From a bacterium (GTDB lineage Bacteria > SAR324 > XYD2-FULL-50-16 > G965216635), in NCBI GenBank assembly GCA_965216635.1, contig OZ244188.1, positions 1,536,001-1,600,000 on the forward strand: a stretch of 64,000 nt of DNA, in the 5' to 3' direction. Positions 30,701 through 40,009 of the stretch are shown here, one piece after another. The position numbers and the translations under genes are program-made. Below the pieces are notes generated by a model. That model saw only the letters and a list, made by a program, of their open reading frames with translations. It was not told the DNA's origin and did no database searches. Position 1 is the stretch's first letter. The number at the start of each line of letters is the position of its first letter.

Positions 30701-30968
30701 TAAAGACATTATGAAAAGAGAAGGATACAAATCCACAGAGCTAATTTTACCTGAACAACTAAAAGTTTATATTGCCGAAGAAAATTTAATAAAAGAAAAT
30801 TCAACCGAAGAAAATTTAACAAGAGAAAATCAAAAAAGCAGTAAGAGTATAACCCTTACTGAAGCCGCAATAGATCAAGAATATGGAATAGAAGTTTCTA
30901 GTTTTGATACAACCATCAATAAAATGAACGAAATAGAAAACGCAATTATTTGGGGAGAAGATGAGTGA
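27765..30968 (+). CDS. 16x TPR array fused to an ABC-type (AAA_15/AAA_21, AbiEii/OLD-like) ATPase
   Basis: 34-aa repeats AYxNRG..K..LKQY.EAI.D..KAIELNP; then Walker A ICGKNNTGKTY, signature-like SSSVRSL, Walker B LLIVDEPELNLHP, H-loop ITTHSDY. Confidence 0.85.
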   Translation: MSKEAERYFNSGLEKAKQKNHTGAIADFDKTIELIDLIIEPNLNKNLAATYNNRGLAKYNLKQYKESIADFDKVIELNPKDTIAYAYRGDAKAELKQHKEAIADYNEAIELNPKDAIAYTCRGNVKAELKQYDEAIKDYNQAIELDPNNAPAYYNLGNIKAELKQYDKAIADFNKAIELNPKDAPAYNNRGVAKVKLKQYDEAIADYNKTIELNPKNASAYYNRGNVKAKLKQHKEAIADFDKAIELNPNLAEAHNNRGSAKVKLKQYYEAIVDYDKAIELNPKYESAYTNRGIAKAELKQYKEAITDIDKAIELNPKYADAYNNRGVAKAELKQYDKAIADYDKAIELDPKYALAYTNRGIAKAKLKQYDEAIADYNKTIELNLKDATAYYNRGNVKAKLKQYKEAIADFDEAIELNPNYAHAYNNRGIAKNDLKQHEEAIQDYNKAIELNPNYAPAYYNRGNAKFGLKQYKEAIADYDKAIELNPKYALAYYIRGLTYQELKEAEKAKKDFQTASELDPKYALAYYIRGLTYQELKEAEKAKKDFQTASELDPKFSKPSDNKDLKYIQQYINTIAPSQPQVDPILENTTSGTTSPSKIIAKIKLEELGVLRKTEFTLGDLTIICGKNNTGKTYASYSLYGFLFFWRELLKIQIPDSVIKDLQTKSVSRINIKEYLEKKDAILKEACAEYSAQISKIFAAHPSKFQKAKFSINLNKPELQVIEQTKKVGSEDIFSLSNKKNSEELVVSWLGNIQKNGFPMEAIKKDIEATLVSIIFTSAFPRAFFISTERTGAVIFRKELIYTLNQLIKKFAQGISINLDELLPHLSLNYTLPVERDIEFARELDTVTKKNSFIAASHPKIITEFEKNILGGSFIIVNDIIYFQPTGTTTKLMLNECSSSVRSLLDLSFYLKHESQKENLLIVDEPELNLHPENQRKVARLFARLINIGIQVFITTHSDYIIKELNTLIMLSKKEAYLKDIMKREGYKSTELILPEQLKVYIAEENLIKENSTEENLTRENQKSSKSITLTEAAIDQEYGIEVSSFDTTINKMNEIENAIIWGEDE

Positions 30969-31497
30969 TTTGAAAATATTAAAAGAGTTGATTCAAGCTA
31001 AAGCTACTGAACCACTTAGAGAAGAGTATCAACAATACAATGTTACACTTAAAGAGACAGAGGGAAAAAAATATTCTGTGATCATTAAAAATTTACCTAA
31101 GAATAGTATTGTTATAAAAGCAGAGAAATTCAAACCACCGAGTAGTATTTTTCAATCTACAAAAGGAGAATGTAGTAGAGCTGATTATGCTATTATTACT
31201 CAAAAAGACAACAAGAAATGGATTATTTTCATTGAAATGAAAGAGACAAAATTTAATGGTGTGACCCGTCAACTCAAAGGGGCTTTGTGTTTTATTTTGT
31301 ATTGCAAAGAAATCGGAAAAGTTTTTTGGGAGAAAGAAAATTTTTTAGAAGGCTATAAGCATCGTTTTATTGGTATCACAAAAATAAACTCTAATAAGCA
31401 ACCTACTAGAAACCCCACTTTTAAAACTCACTATAAACCCGAAGATTTTCGTAAAATCAAATGCGCAGAACACCTACATTTCAAAGAACTTGTATAG
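30961..31497 (+). CDS. Putative PD-(D/E)xK nuclease-fold partner of the ATPase
   Basis: RADYAII...WIIFIEMK...QLKG motif; 8-bp overlap with the ATPase gene. Confidence 0.6.
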   Translation: MSDLKILKELIQAKATEPLREEYQQYNVTLKETEGKKYSVIIKNLPKNSIVIKAEKFKPPSSIFQSTKGECSRADYAIITQKDNKKWIIFIEMKETKFNGVTRQLKGALCFILYCKEIGKVFWEKENFLEGYKHRFIGITKINSNKQPTRNPTFKTHYKPEDFRKIKCAEHLHFKELV

Positions 31498-31524
31498 CCT
31501 AAAATCCACTCTTAATGTAACCCA

Positions 31525-34500
31525 ATGGAATACATAAAATCCACACCCAATTCTTCCACCCCCAGATCTTCCACACCCAGAGAAGTATTAAATAAATCCT
31601 ATCTTAAAAAAGGAGTAAGCAGAGAAAAAATAGAAAATTTCAAACGCAATGCAAAAGAGCTACTCCAAAATATCAACACCCAAGAATCAGAAGAGCATAA
31701 CAAAAATCACATTTCAGATTTTCTAAAAAAAACCTACTACGAACCCCATTATTCTATCAACACTAAAAAAGCAACCGATTTAGTAATTCGCGAAGGGAAA
31801 AACAAGGACAGTGCTGTAGGAGTGATTATAGAAACCAAGCGACCCAGCAACGAGCGGGAGATGCCCCACAAAGACGGAGAGCAATACAATCTCAATGTGA
31901 AGGCTATGCACGAGCTAATGCTTTACTATATGCGAGAAAGAGAAAATAAACTTAACATAAAAAATCTGATTATAAGCGACGGCTACAAGTGGTTTATTTT
32001 TGACGCCGAAGTTTTTGAAAAAGTTTTTTATCAAAACAAAGATTTTCAAAAGCAATACCAAGATTTTAAAAACCAAAGATTGCCCGCCACAACAACAGAA
32101 TTTTTTTACAAAGAAATAGCCCAAAAATTCATTCAAAATTCCCATCAAAAAATAGAATTCACCTACTTTGATTTAAGAGAATATAAAAAAACCCTAATAA
32201 AACCTATAGTAAAACCTATAGTGAAACCTATAGCAAAAAATATAGAGCAAGCAAAAGAAAACGAACAGTCTGAAATCATTGAACTCATCGCACTTTACAA
32301 AATTTTATCCCCGCAACATCTTTTAAAACTTCCCCTAAAAAACGATAGCAATTCGCTAGACAAAGGATTTTACAAAGAGCTGTTGCATATTATAGGACTG
32401 AACGAAATTAAAAGCGCTGGCAAAAAACTCATTCAAAGAAAACCAGAAAATCAAAGAGACGCTGGCTCTTTATTAGAAAACACGATTAACCAACTAGAAA
32501 CAGGCAACAAACTCCAAAACCTTAAAGACCCTCATTACTTCGGAAACCCTAAAGGTTCAGAAATCCCAGAGCAACTATTTCAGGTAGCACTAGAGCTTTG
32601 TTTGACTTGGATTAACAGAATTTTATTTTTGAAACTTTTGGAATCCCAGCTTTTGAGCTATCACAAAAAAGACAAAACTTATGCTTTTCTAAACACAGAA
32701 AAAATTGCCAACTACGACAAACTCAACAGCCTATTTTTTGAAGTGCTAGCCAAAGAAAGCGAGCAAAGAAGCCCCGATTTAAAACGAGAATTTGGCAAAG
32801 TTCCTTATCTCAACAGCTCCCTTTTTGAACCCTCCCAGATAGAAATTCAAACCCTTTCTATCAGCAACCTAGACGACAACAAAACCATTCCTCTTTTTTC
32901 TGCCACTGTTTTAAAAGATGCAACAGGAAAAAAACAAAAAGAAAACCTACAAACTTTAGACTATTTTTTCCAATTTTTAGACGCTTACGATTTTAGTAGC
33001 GAAGGCAAGGAAGACATAAAAGAAGACGAAAAAACTCTCATTAGCGCATCTGTGCTAGGGCTCATTTTTGAAAAGATCAACGGCTACAAGGAAGGCTCAT
33101 TTTTCACACCAGGTTTTATTACGATGTATATTGCCAAAGAGACGCTCCAAAAAGCAGTCATTACAAAATTCAACCAAGCCAAAAACTGGAGCTGCCAAAA
33201 CTTAAACGAAATCCATAACAAAATCCACCATAGCCAAAAAACAGACTTCACCAAAGAAGCCAACCAGATATTTAATAGTTTAAGAATTTGCGACCCCGCA
33301 GTAGGCTCGGGGCATTTTTTGGTATCCGCCCTAAACGAGCTAATTGCCATAAAAAGCAAGCTAGGTATTTTGTGCGATCAAGATGGAAAAATACTCACGG
33401 ACTACCAAGCAGAAGTTCAAGAAGACGAGCTATCTATCAGTAACAATCAAGGCACTATTTTCCAATACGAGCCCCAAAACAGAGAAAGCCAAAGAATCCA
33501 AAAAGCCCTTTTCTGCGAAAAACAAACCCTCATTGAAAATTGTCTTTTTGGTGTAGATATCAACCACAACTCCGTCAAAATTTGCCGCCTAAGACTTTGG
33601 ATAGAACTGCTAAAAAACGCCTACTACAATATGGCAAGAGCGCTAGAAACCCTACCCAACATTGACATCAACATCAAATGCGGTAATTCGCTTACCAGCC
33701 GTTTTGAACTAAAAGACGAAATGGTAACAGAAGCAGCAAGCAAAAATATAGAAAGCTACCGTAAAACAGTCCAAGCCTATTACCACACCCGAAGCAAAGA
33801 AAAAAAACAAGAGATAGAAAAGCAAATTTCCACCATCAAAAAAAACTACGCTGACTCCATAAAACTGCTTTGGTCTGCAGAGAGAAAAAAACTATCCCGA
33901 CTCCGAATGGCAAGAAACGAGAAACACAACAGCCAACTTTTTGATACAAAACTCACCAAAGAGCAAGTGCTACAACAAGCAAAAGCAATTCAAACATCAA
34001 TGCAAAAAGAAACAAAACTAGAGCAAAAAATAACAGAAGCAGAAAGCAACAAAATTCACAAAAATGCTCTAGAATGGAGATTTGAATTTCCAGCTGTTTT
34101 AGACAACGAAGGCAACTTTGTAGGCTTTGACGCCATCATCGGAAACCCGCCCTACATCAGACAAGAAGCAATCAAAGAATTTAAGGCACTTTTTCAAAAC
34201 AAATATCAAGTCTATAAAGGCACAGCAGATATTTTTACCTACTTTGTAGAACAAGGCTACAATCTATTAAAAGAAAATGGCACATTCCAATTTATCGTCT
34301 CCAATAAATTTGCAAGAGCAAACTACGGCGCAGCTTTAAGGAAGTTTTTACTCAAAAACACCCTCACCCACTTTATAGATTTTAGCGGGCTAGCCGTTTT
34401 TGACGAGGCAACTGTAGACGCCTGTATTTTGGGATTTCAAAAAAAACAATCTAGCGAAAACCAGCTACTCGTGGCGGATATACAAAAGAATAATTTCAAA

Positions 34501-35424
34501 CCAGCGGACTTTGAAGAAATTTTGTCTAAAATTTCGCAAAATTTCTCACAAAAAAATCTCACAGAGCAGGCTTGGACTTTTGGCAGTCCGTTAGAAATAA
34601 AACTCAAAACAAAAATAGAAACAATCGGCACTCCACTCAAGGATTGGGATCTAAAAATAAACTATGGAATTAAGACAGGCTACAACGAGGCGTTTATTAT
34701 TAACCAAGAAAAAAAAGACGAGCTAGTAAAAGCCGACCCAAAATCTGCAGAAATCATAAAACCCATTTTACGAGGTAGAGACATCAAAGCCTACGAGCAT
34801 AATTGGGCTGGTTTGTATCTTATCAATAGCCACAACGGAGACAAAAAAAATTCAACTCCGCCCATCAACATTGACGACTACCCTGTAATCCGAGAACACT
34901 TGCATCGGTTTTACCCCGCACTAGAAAAACGCCAAGACCAAGGAGCAACACCTTATAACCTACGCGACTGTGCCTACTTAAAAGAACTTGAAAAAGAAAA
35001 AATTGTATATCCTGAAACTACTCAGCATGCTCATTTCTTTTATGATAAAGAAAAATTTTTTATAGAAAAAACAGGTTTTATAATGATTGTTAAAGATAGT
35101 CTAGAATATATTTGTGCTTTACTTAATTCTAATCTTATTACTTTTTATTTTAAAACTTTCGGTTCTGGTGCTATTTTAGGAAAATCTGGCTATCAATATA
35201 ACAAACACGCATTTGAAAATTTACCCATCCCAAAAATCACAGCAAAAGAGCAACAGCCTTTTATAACCCTAGTAGATAAAATACTCCAAGCCAAAGCACA
35301 AAGAAAAGACACCACCGAACTACAAACCCAAATTGACAAACTCACCTACCAGCTATACAATCTCACAAAAGAAGAAATCACCACCATTGAAAATAAAAAA
35401 CACCCCCAACCTAAAAAACAATGA
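31525..35424 (+). CDS. Type IIG restriction-modification enzyme (Eco57I-type MTase with TaqI_C-like TRD)
   Basis: N-terminal TDLVI...IIETK nuclease motif, PYLNSSLFE, GSFFTP, DPAVGSGHFL, IGNPPYIRQE, IKTGYNEAF, PILRGRDI. Confidence 0.9.
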   Translation: MEYIKSTPNSSTPRSSTPREVLNKSYLKKGVSREKIENFKRNAKELLQNINTQESEEHNKNHISDFLKKTYYEPHYSINTKKATDLVIREGKNKDSAVGVIIETKRPSNEREMPHKDGEQYNLNVKAMHELMLYYMRERENKLNIKNLIISDGYKWFIFDAEVFEKVFYQNKDFQKQYQDFKNQRLPATTTEFFYKEIAQKFIQNSHQKIEFTYFDLREYKKTLIKPIVKPIVKPIAKNIEQAKENEQSEIIELIALYKILSPQHLLKLPLKNDSNSLDKGFYKELLHIIGLNEIKSAGKKLIQRKPENQRDAGSLLENTINQLETGNKLQNLKDPHYFGNPKGSEIPEQLFQVALELCLTWINRILFLKLLESQLLSYHKKDKTYAFLNTEKIANYDKLNSLFFEVLAKESEQRSPDLKREFGKVPYLNSSLFEPSQIEIQTLSISNLDDNKTIPLFSATVLKDATGKKQKENLQTLDYFFQFLDAYDFSSEGKEDIKEDEKTLISASVLGLIFEKINGYKEGSFFTPGFITMYIAKETLQKAVITKFNQAKNWSCQNLNEIHNKIHHSQKTDFTKEANQIFNSLRICDPAVGSGHFLVSALNELIAIKSKLGILCDQDGKILTDYQAEVQEDELSISNNQGTIFQYEPQNRESQRIQKALFCEKQTLIENCLFGVDINHNSVKICRLRLWIELLKNAYYNMARALETLPNIDINIKCGNSLTSRFELKDEMVTEAASKNIESYRKTVQAYYHTRSKEKKQEIEKQISTIKKNYADSIKLLWSAERKKLSRLRMARNEKHNSQLFDTKLTKEQVLQQAKAIQTSMQKETKLEQKITEAESNKIHKNALEWRFEFPAVLDNEGNFVGFDAIIGNPPYIRQEAIKEFKALFQNKYQVYKGTADIFTYFVEQGYNLLKENGTFQFIVSNKFARANYGAALRKFLLKNTLTHFIDFSGLAVFDEATVDACILGFQKKQSSENQLLVADIQKNNFKPADFEEILSKISQNFSQKNLTEQAWTFGSPLEIKLKTKIETIGTPLKDWDLKINYGIKTGYNEAFIINQEKKDELVKADPKSAEIIKPILRGRDIKAYEHNWAGLYLINSHNGDKKNSTPPINIDDYPVIREHLHRFYPALEKRQDQGATPYNLRDCAYLKELEKEKIVYPETTQHAHFFYDKEKFFIEKTGFIMIVKDSLEYICALLNSNLITFYFKTFGSGAILGKSGYQYNKHAFENLPIPKITAKEQQPFITLVDKILQAKAQRKDTTELQTQIDKLTYQLYNLTKEEITTIENKKHPQPKKQ

Positions 35425-36755
35425 GTAAAAAAACAGAAGCAATAAAATATTTTGATAGTGGCGTAGCAAAATATAAAAAAAGAGATTTTAGAGGAACTAT
35501 CACAGATTTTACCAAAGCCATAGAACTAGACCCAAAAGACGCAAACGTCTACTACATCCGAGGACTTGTAAAAGCTATTCTCAAACAATACAAAGAAGCC
35601 ATTGCAGATTTTGATAAAGCTATAGGATTAAACCCAAAAAATGCAGAAGTTTACTACAACCGAGGCAACGCAAAATATAAACTCAAACAATACAACGAAT
35701 CCATTGCAGATTACGACAAATCCATAGATCTAGACCCAAAAGATGCACGCGCCTACATGAACCGAGGCATAGTAAAAGATGAACTCAAGCAATACGACGA
35801 AGCTATTAAGGATTACGATAAAGCCATAAAATTAGCCCCAAAAGACGCAAAAGCCTACTACATCCGAGGACTAGCAAAAATTAACCTCAAACAATACAAG
35901 GAAGCTATTGTAAATTTTGACAAAGCTATAGAGCTAGACCCAAAAGACACACTAGCCTACTACAACCGAGGCAACGCAAAAGCTGAACTCAAACAACACA
36001 AGGAAGCCATTGCAGACTACGACGAAGCCATAAAACTAAACCCAAAAAACGCAGAATCCTACAACAACCGAGGCAACGCAAAAGCTGAACTCAAACAACA
36101 CAAAGAAGCTATTACAGACTACGACAAATCCATAGATCTAGACCCAAAAAATACAGAAGCTTACTACAACCGAGGACTTACTTACAGAGCATTGGGAGAG
36201 GAAGAAAAGGCTATTGCAGATTTTAAAAAAGCACAAGAACTAGACCCTACGCTAATTCCTAAAGAACAATTCAAAAAAATCACAGAGCGGACAGAACAAA
36301 CACAAAATTTTCAAAAAACACTAGAGGACTTAAAAGAAACAATTAGCAAAGATGAAAAAAAATGGGGTAGGTGGTCTTTTGGATTGGTTGTTATAACAGC
36401 AGCAGTTTTTTTATTACCTTTTTTTGAAAGTTTTTTGTCAGAATGGTTAAACTTTAAAATACCTGAAAAATTTCTAGCGGGTTACTTTCTTTTTCCTTTC
36501 TTGTCTATCGTTAGTTTTACTGTGTTGCGAATTTATACCAATATTAAAAAACACAGACTAGAAACAGAAAACCGTTTGGCTATGGCGAAAATGTTAGCCC
36601 GCATAGAAAACAAAGATAAAATTGAACCTCACTACCAAGAGCATTTTATGCCAGAGCTAGCAAAAATAATTATCACCCCGCTTTACCCCGATAAAAGCAA
36701 AAAAACAGACGCCACAAACCTATCCAATATTATAAAAAACCTTCCCGAAAAATAA
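35421..36755 (+). CDS. 8x TPR array + coiled coil + 2 TM helices + conserved C-terminal domain
   Basis: TPR consensus, capping repeat ELDPTL, two hydrophobic segments, HRLETENRLAMAKML; ATGA overlap with the R-M gene. Confidence 0.85.
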   Translation: MSKKTEAIKYFDSGVAKYKKRDFRGTITDFTKAIELDPKDANVYYIRGLVKAILKQYKEAIADFDKAIGLNPKNAEVYYNRGNAKYKLKQYNESIADYDKSIDLDPKDARAYMNRGIVKDELKQYDEAIKDYDKAIKLAPKDAKAYYIRGLAKINLKQYKEAIVNFDKAIELDPKDTLAYYNRGNAKAELKQHKEAIADYDEAIKLNPKNAESYNNRGNAKAELKQHKEAITDYDKSIDLDPKNTEAYYNRGLTYRALGEEEKAIADFKKAQELDPTLIPKEQFKKITERTEQTQNFQKTLEDLKETISKDEKKWGRWSFGLVVITAAVFLLPFFESFLSEWLNFKIPEKFLAGYFLFPFLSIVSFTVLRIYTNIKKHRLETENRLAMAKMLARIENKDKIEPHYQEHFMPELAKIIITPLYPDKSKKTDATNLSNIIKNLPEK

Positions 36756-36772
36756 AAAAATAAATTATTTGA

Positions 36773-36983
36773 TTTTTTTGCTTGCCTGTTTTTTTGCTTG
36801 TCTGTTTTTGCTTGCCTGTTTTTTGCGTGCCTGCTTTTTGCTTGCCTGTTTTTTGCTTGCCTGTTTTTTCTTGTTTTTTTTGCTTGCCTGTTTTTTGCTT
36901 ACCTGTTTTTTTCTTACTTTTTTTTGCTTGCCTGTTTTTTTGCTTGTCTGTTTTTGCTTGCTTACTTTTTTTTGCTTGCCTGC
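36773..36983. repeat. Tandem repeat, ~15-bp unit GCTTGCCTGTTTTTT (~13 copies; ~3 copies at the paralogous site 39790-39832)
   Basis: Directly visible. Confidence 0.95.
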
Positions 36984-36986
36984 ACA

Positions 36987-37070
36987 TTGAAAAAATTACT
37001 TTTTCTTGTTTTGCTGTTATTTCCAGTTGTAGGGTTGGCTCAGAATGTGGATGCAGAACATTATAGATAA
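36987..37070 (+). pseudogene. Signal-peptide stub (M)KKLLFLVLLLFPVVGLA-QNVDAEHYR*, copy 1
   Basis: TTG start, n/h/c regions of a Sec signal, then a stop; repeated at 39837-39920. Confidence 0.5.
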
Positions 37071-37327
37071 TTAAGTAAGGTGTTTTTTGAAAAACCATCC
37101 GTCCCAAAAATCACACCAAAAGAACAAAAACATTTCATTCAACTCGTAGATAAATCTCCCAGCCAAAGCAAAAGACAGCACCACAAAAACCCCAATAGAC
37201 AACCCCCCAAACAAAACCAGCCAAACAAAACCAAATTGACAAACTCACCTACCAGCTATACAATCTCACAAAAGAAGAAATCGCCACCATTGAAAATAAA
37301 AAACAACCCCAACCTAAAAAAAAATGA
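37071..37327 (+). pseudogene. Remnant of a type IIG R-M 3' end, copy 1
   Basis: LSKVFFEKPSVPKITPKEQKHFIQLVDK...QIDKLTYQLYNLTKEEI matches 35200-35424, with frameshifts. Confidence 0.8.
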
Positions 37328-39345
37328 GTAAAACAGAAGCAGAAAAATATTTTATTAGTGGCGTAGCAAAATTTGAGCAAAAAGATTATGAAGGAGCTAT
37401 CACAGATTACGACAAAGCCATAGAACTAGACCCAAAAGACGCAAGCGTCTACAACAACCGAGGCACCGTAAAAGCTGAACTCAAACAATACGACGAAGCT
37501 ATCAAAGACTGTAACAAAGCCATAGATCTAGACCCGAATCTTGCTGCAGCCTACAACAACCGAGGCAACGTAAAAGCTGAACTCAAACAATACAAAGAAG
37601 CTATTGCAGATTACGACGAAGCCATCAAACTAAACCCAAAAAACGCAAACGCCTATATTTACCGAGGCAACACAAAAGCTGATCTCAAACAATACGACGG
37701 AGCTATCGTAGACTACGATAAAGCCATAGAATTAAACCCAAATAATGCAACTGCCTATATAAACCGAGGCATCGCAAAAGCTGAACTCAACCAGCATACA
37801 GATGCTATAAAAAATTTTAACAAAGCCATAGAACTAGCCCCAAAAGATGCAAAAGCCTACAACAACCGAGGCAACGTAAAAGCTGAACTCAAACAATACA
37901 AAGAAGCTATTGCAGATTACGACGAAGCCATAAAACTAAACCCAAAAGATGCAACTGCCTACGACAACCGAGGACTAGCAAAATATGAACTCAAACAACA
38001 CAAAAAAGCTATTAAAGATTTTACCAAAGCCATAGAGCTAGACCTAAAATATGCAGAAGCCTACACGAACCGAGGCAACGCAAAAGCTGGACTCAAACAA
38101 CACAACGGAGCTATCGTAGACTACGATAAAGCCATAGAATTAAACCCAAAGGAAGCCAAAACCTACTACAACCGAGGCAACGCAAAATATGAACTCCCAG
38201 AATACGAGGAAGCTATCAAAGATTACGATAAAGCCATAGAGCTAGACCCCAAAAATATAGAAGCCTACTACAACCGAGGATTAGCAAAATATGAAGTAAA
38301 TTTTTATGAGGAAGCTATATGGGATTACGATAAAGCCATAGAGCTAGACCCAAAAGATGCAACTGCCTACTACAACCGAGGACTAGCAAAATATGAACTC
38401 ACAGAATACGTGGAAGCTATTGCAGATTTTGATAAAGCCATAGAGCTAGACCCAAATTTTGCAGCAGCCTACTACAACCGAGGCAACGCAAAATATGAAC
38501 TCACAGAATACGTGGAAGCTATTGCAGATTTTGATAAAGCCATAGAATCAAACCCAAATTTTGCAGAAGCCCACTACAACCGAGGCAACGCAAAAGATGA
38601 CCTCAAACAACACAAAGAAGCTATTGCAGATTTTAATACAGCTATAGAGCTAGACCCAAAAGATGAAAAAGCCTACTACAACCGAGGCAACACAAAAGCT
38701 GAACTCAAAAAATACAGGGAAGCTATTGCAGATTATGATAAAGCCATAGAGCTAGACCCAAAAGATGCACGCGCCTACATGAACCGAGGCATTGCAAAAG
38801 ATGAACTCAAGCAATACAAGGAAGCTATCAAAGACTACGATAAAGCCATAGAGCTAGACCCAAAAGACGCAAAAGCCCACTACAACCGAGGACTAGCAAA
38901 AGATGACCTCAAACAATACAACGAAGCTATCAAAGACTACGATAAAGCCATAGAGCTAGACCCAAAATATGCACGCGCCTACATGAACCGAGGCATTGCA
39001 AAAGATGAACTTAAGCGATACGACGAAGCTATTAAGGATTACGACGAAACTATAGAACTAGACCCAAAAGATGCAAAAGCCTACTACAACCGAGGCTCCG
39101 CAAAAGATGACCTCAAACAATACAACGAAGCTATCAAAGACTACGATAAAGCCATAGAGCTAGACCCAAAATACGCAAACGCCTACTACAACCGAGGACT
39201 TACTTACAGAGAATTAGGCAACGAGGAAGAAGCACTAAAAAATTTTAAAAAAGCACAAGAACTGGACCCTACGCTAATTCCTAAAGAACAATTCAAAAAA
39301 ATCACAGAGCGGACAGAACAAACACAAAATTTTCAAAAACATTAG
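37324..39345 (+). CDS. 19x TPR array, truncated before the 2TM module by a frameshift
   Basis: Open TPR array; A6 reduced to A5 at ~39335 relative to the paralog at ~36313. Confidence 0.85.
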   Translation: MSKTEAEKYFISGVAKFEQKDYEGAITDYDKAIELDPKDASVYNNRGTVKAELKQYDEAIKDCNKAIDLDPNLAAAYNNRGNVKAELKQYKEAIADYDEAIKLNPKNANAYIYRGNTKADLKQYDGAIVDYDKAIELNPNNATAYINRGIAKAELNQHTDAIKNFNKAIELAPKDAKAYNNRGNVKAELKQYKEAIADYDEAIKLNPKDATAYDNRGLAKYELKQHKKAIKDFTKAIELDLKYAEAYTNRGNAKAGLKQHNGAIVDYDKAIELNPKEAKTYYNRGNAKYELPEYEEAIKDYDKAIELDPKNIEAYYNRGLAKYEVNFYEEAIWDYDKAIELDPKDATAYYNRGLAKYELTEYVEAIADFDKAIELDPNFAAAYYNRGNAKYELTEYVEAIADFDKAIESNPNFAEAHYNRGNAKDDLKQHKEAIADFNTAIELDPKDEKAYYNRGNTKAELKKYREAIADYDKAIELDPKDARAYMNRGIAKDELKQYKEAIKDYDKAIELDPKDAKAHYNRGLAKDDLKQYNEAIKDYDKAIELDPKYARAYMNRGIAKDELKRYDEAIKDYDETIELDPKDAKAYYNRGSAKDDLKQYNEAIKDYDKAIELDPKYANAYYNRGLTYRELGNEEEALKNFKKAQELDPTLIPKEQFKKITERTEQTQNFQKH

Positions 39346-39769
39346 AGGATTTAAGAGAGACAATTAGCAAAGATGAAAAAAACTGGGGTTGGTGGTCTTT
39401 GGTGGCTGTTGGTGCAGCTAGTGTTATTTTTATAGGTTTTTTTATAATTATATTCTTTGCAAAAGAATCTAAATCTTTTTTTCCTGCTTGCTTGACGTAC
39501 TTTTTTTTTCTTTTTTTTCCATCATTAGTTTTACGGTGTTGAGAATTTATACCAACACCAGAAAACACAGACTATAAATAGAAAACCGTTTGGCTATGGC
39601 GAAAATGTCAGCCCGCATAGAAAACAAAGAGAAAATTGAACCTCACTACCAAGAGCATTTTCTTCCAGAGCTAGCAAAAATAATTATTACCCCGCTTTAC
39701 CCCGAAAAAAACAAAAAAACAGACGCCACAAACCTATCCAATATTATAAAAAACCTTCCCGAAAAATAA
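39340..39769 (+). pseudogene. Decayed 2TM/C-terminal module of the 19x TPR gene
   Basis: Homologous to 36320-36755, with a second frameshift in the poly-T at ~39500-39520 and GAA>TAA at 39575-39577. Confidence 0.85.
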
Positions 39770-39836
39770 AAAAATAAATTATTTGATTTTTTTGCTTGCC
39801 TGTTTTTTGCGTGCCTGTTTTTTGCTTGCCTGCACA

Positions 39837-39920
39837 TTGAAAAAATTACTTTTTCTTGTTTTGCTGTTATTTCCAGTTGTAGGATTGGCTCAGAATGTGG
39901 ATGCAGAACATTATAGATAA
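39837..39920 (+). pseudogene. Signal-peptide stub, copy 2
   Basis: Identical to 36987-37070 except one synonymous change (GGG/GGA). Confidence 0.5.
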
Positions 39921-40007
39921 TAGACCTTTGAATTTCGCTGATGTGACGGCTAGCCAAATGGTTAGAACAGGTGCGAAAAAAATTTTTAGCTCGTAGGAAT
40001 ACTGAAG
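39921..40007 (+). mobile_element. MITE (TAGAC...GTCTA family), left half only
   Basis: TAGACCTTTGAATTTCGCTGATG...GAATACTGAAG; absent at the paralogous site ~37070-37095. Confidence 0.85.
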
Positions 40008-40009
40008 AG

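Noticed and set aside
36730..37107. Several overlapping Cys/Phe- or Lys-rich ORFs (36730-37107, 36769-36990, 36782-37066, 36798-37070)
   Set aside because: They arise from the stop-free 15-bp tandem repeat; only the terminal signal-peptide stub looks meaningful.
37080..37331. 83-aa ORF as an independent gene
   Set aside because: It is a frameshifted remnant of the type IIG R-M C-terminus.
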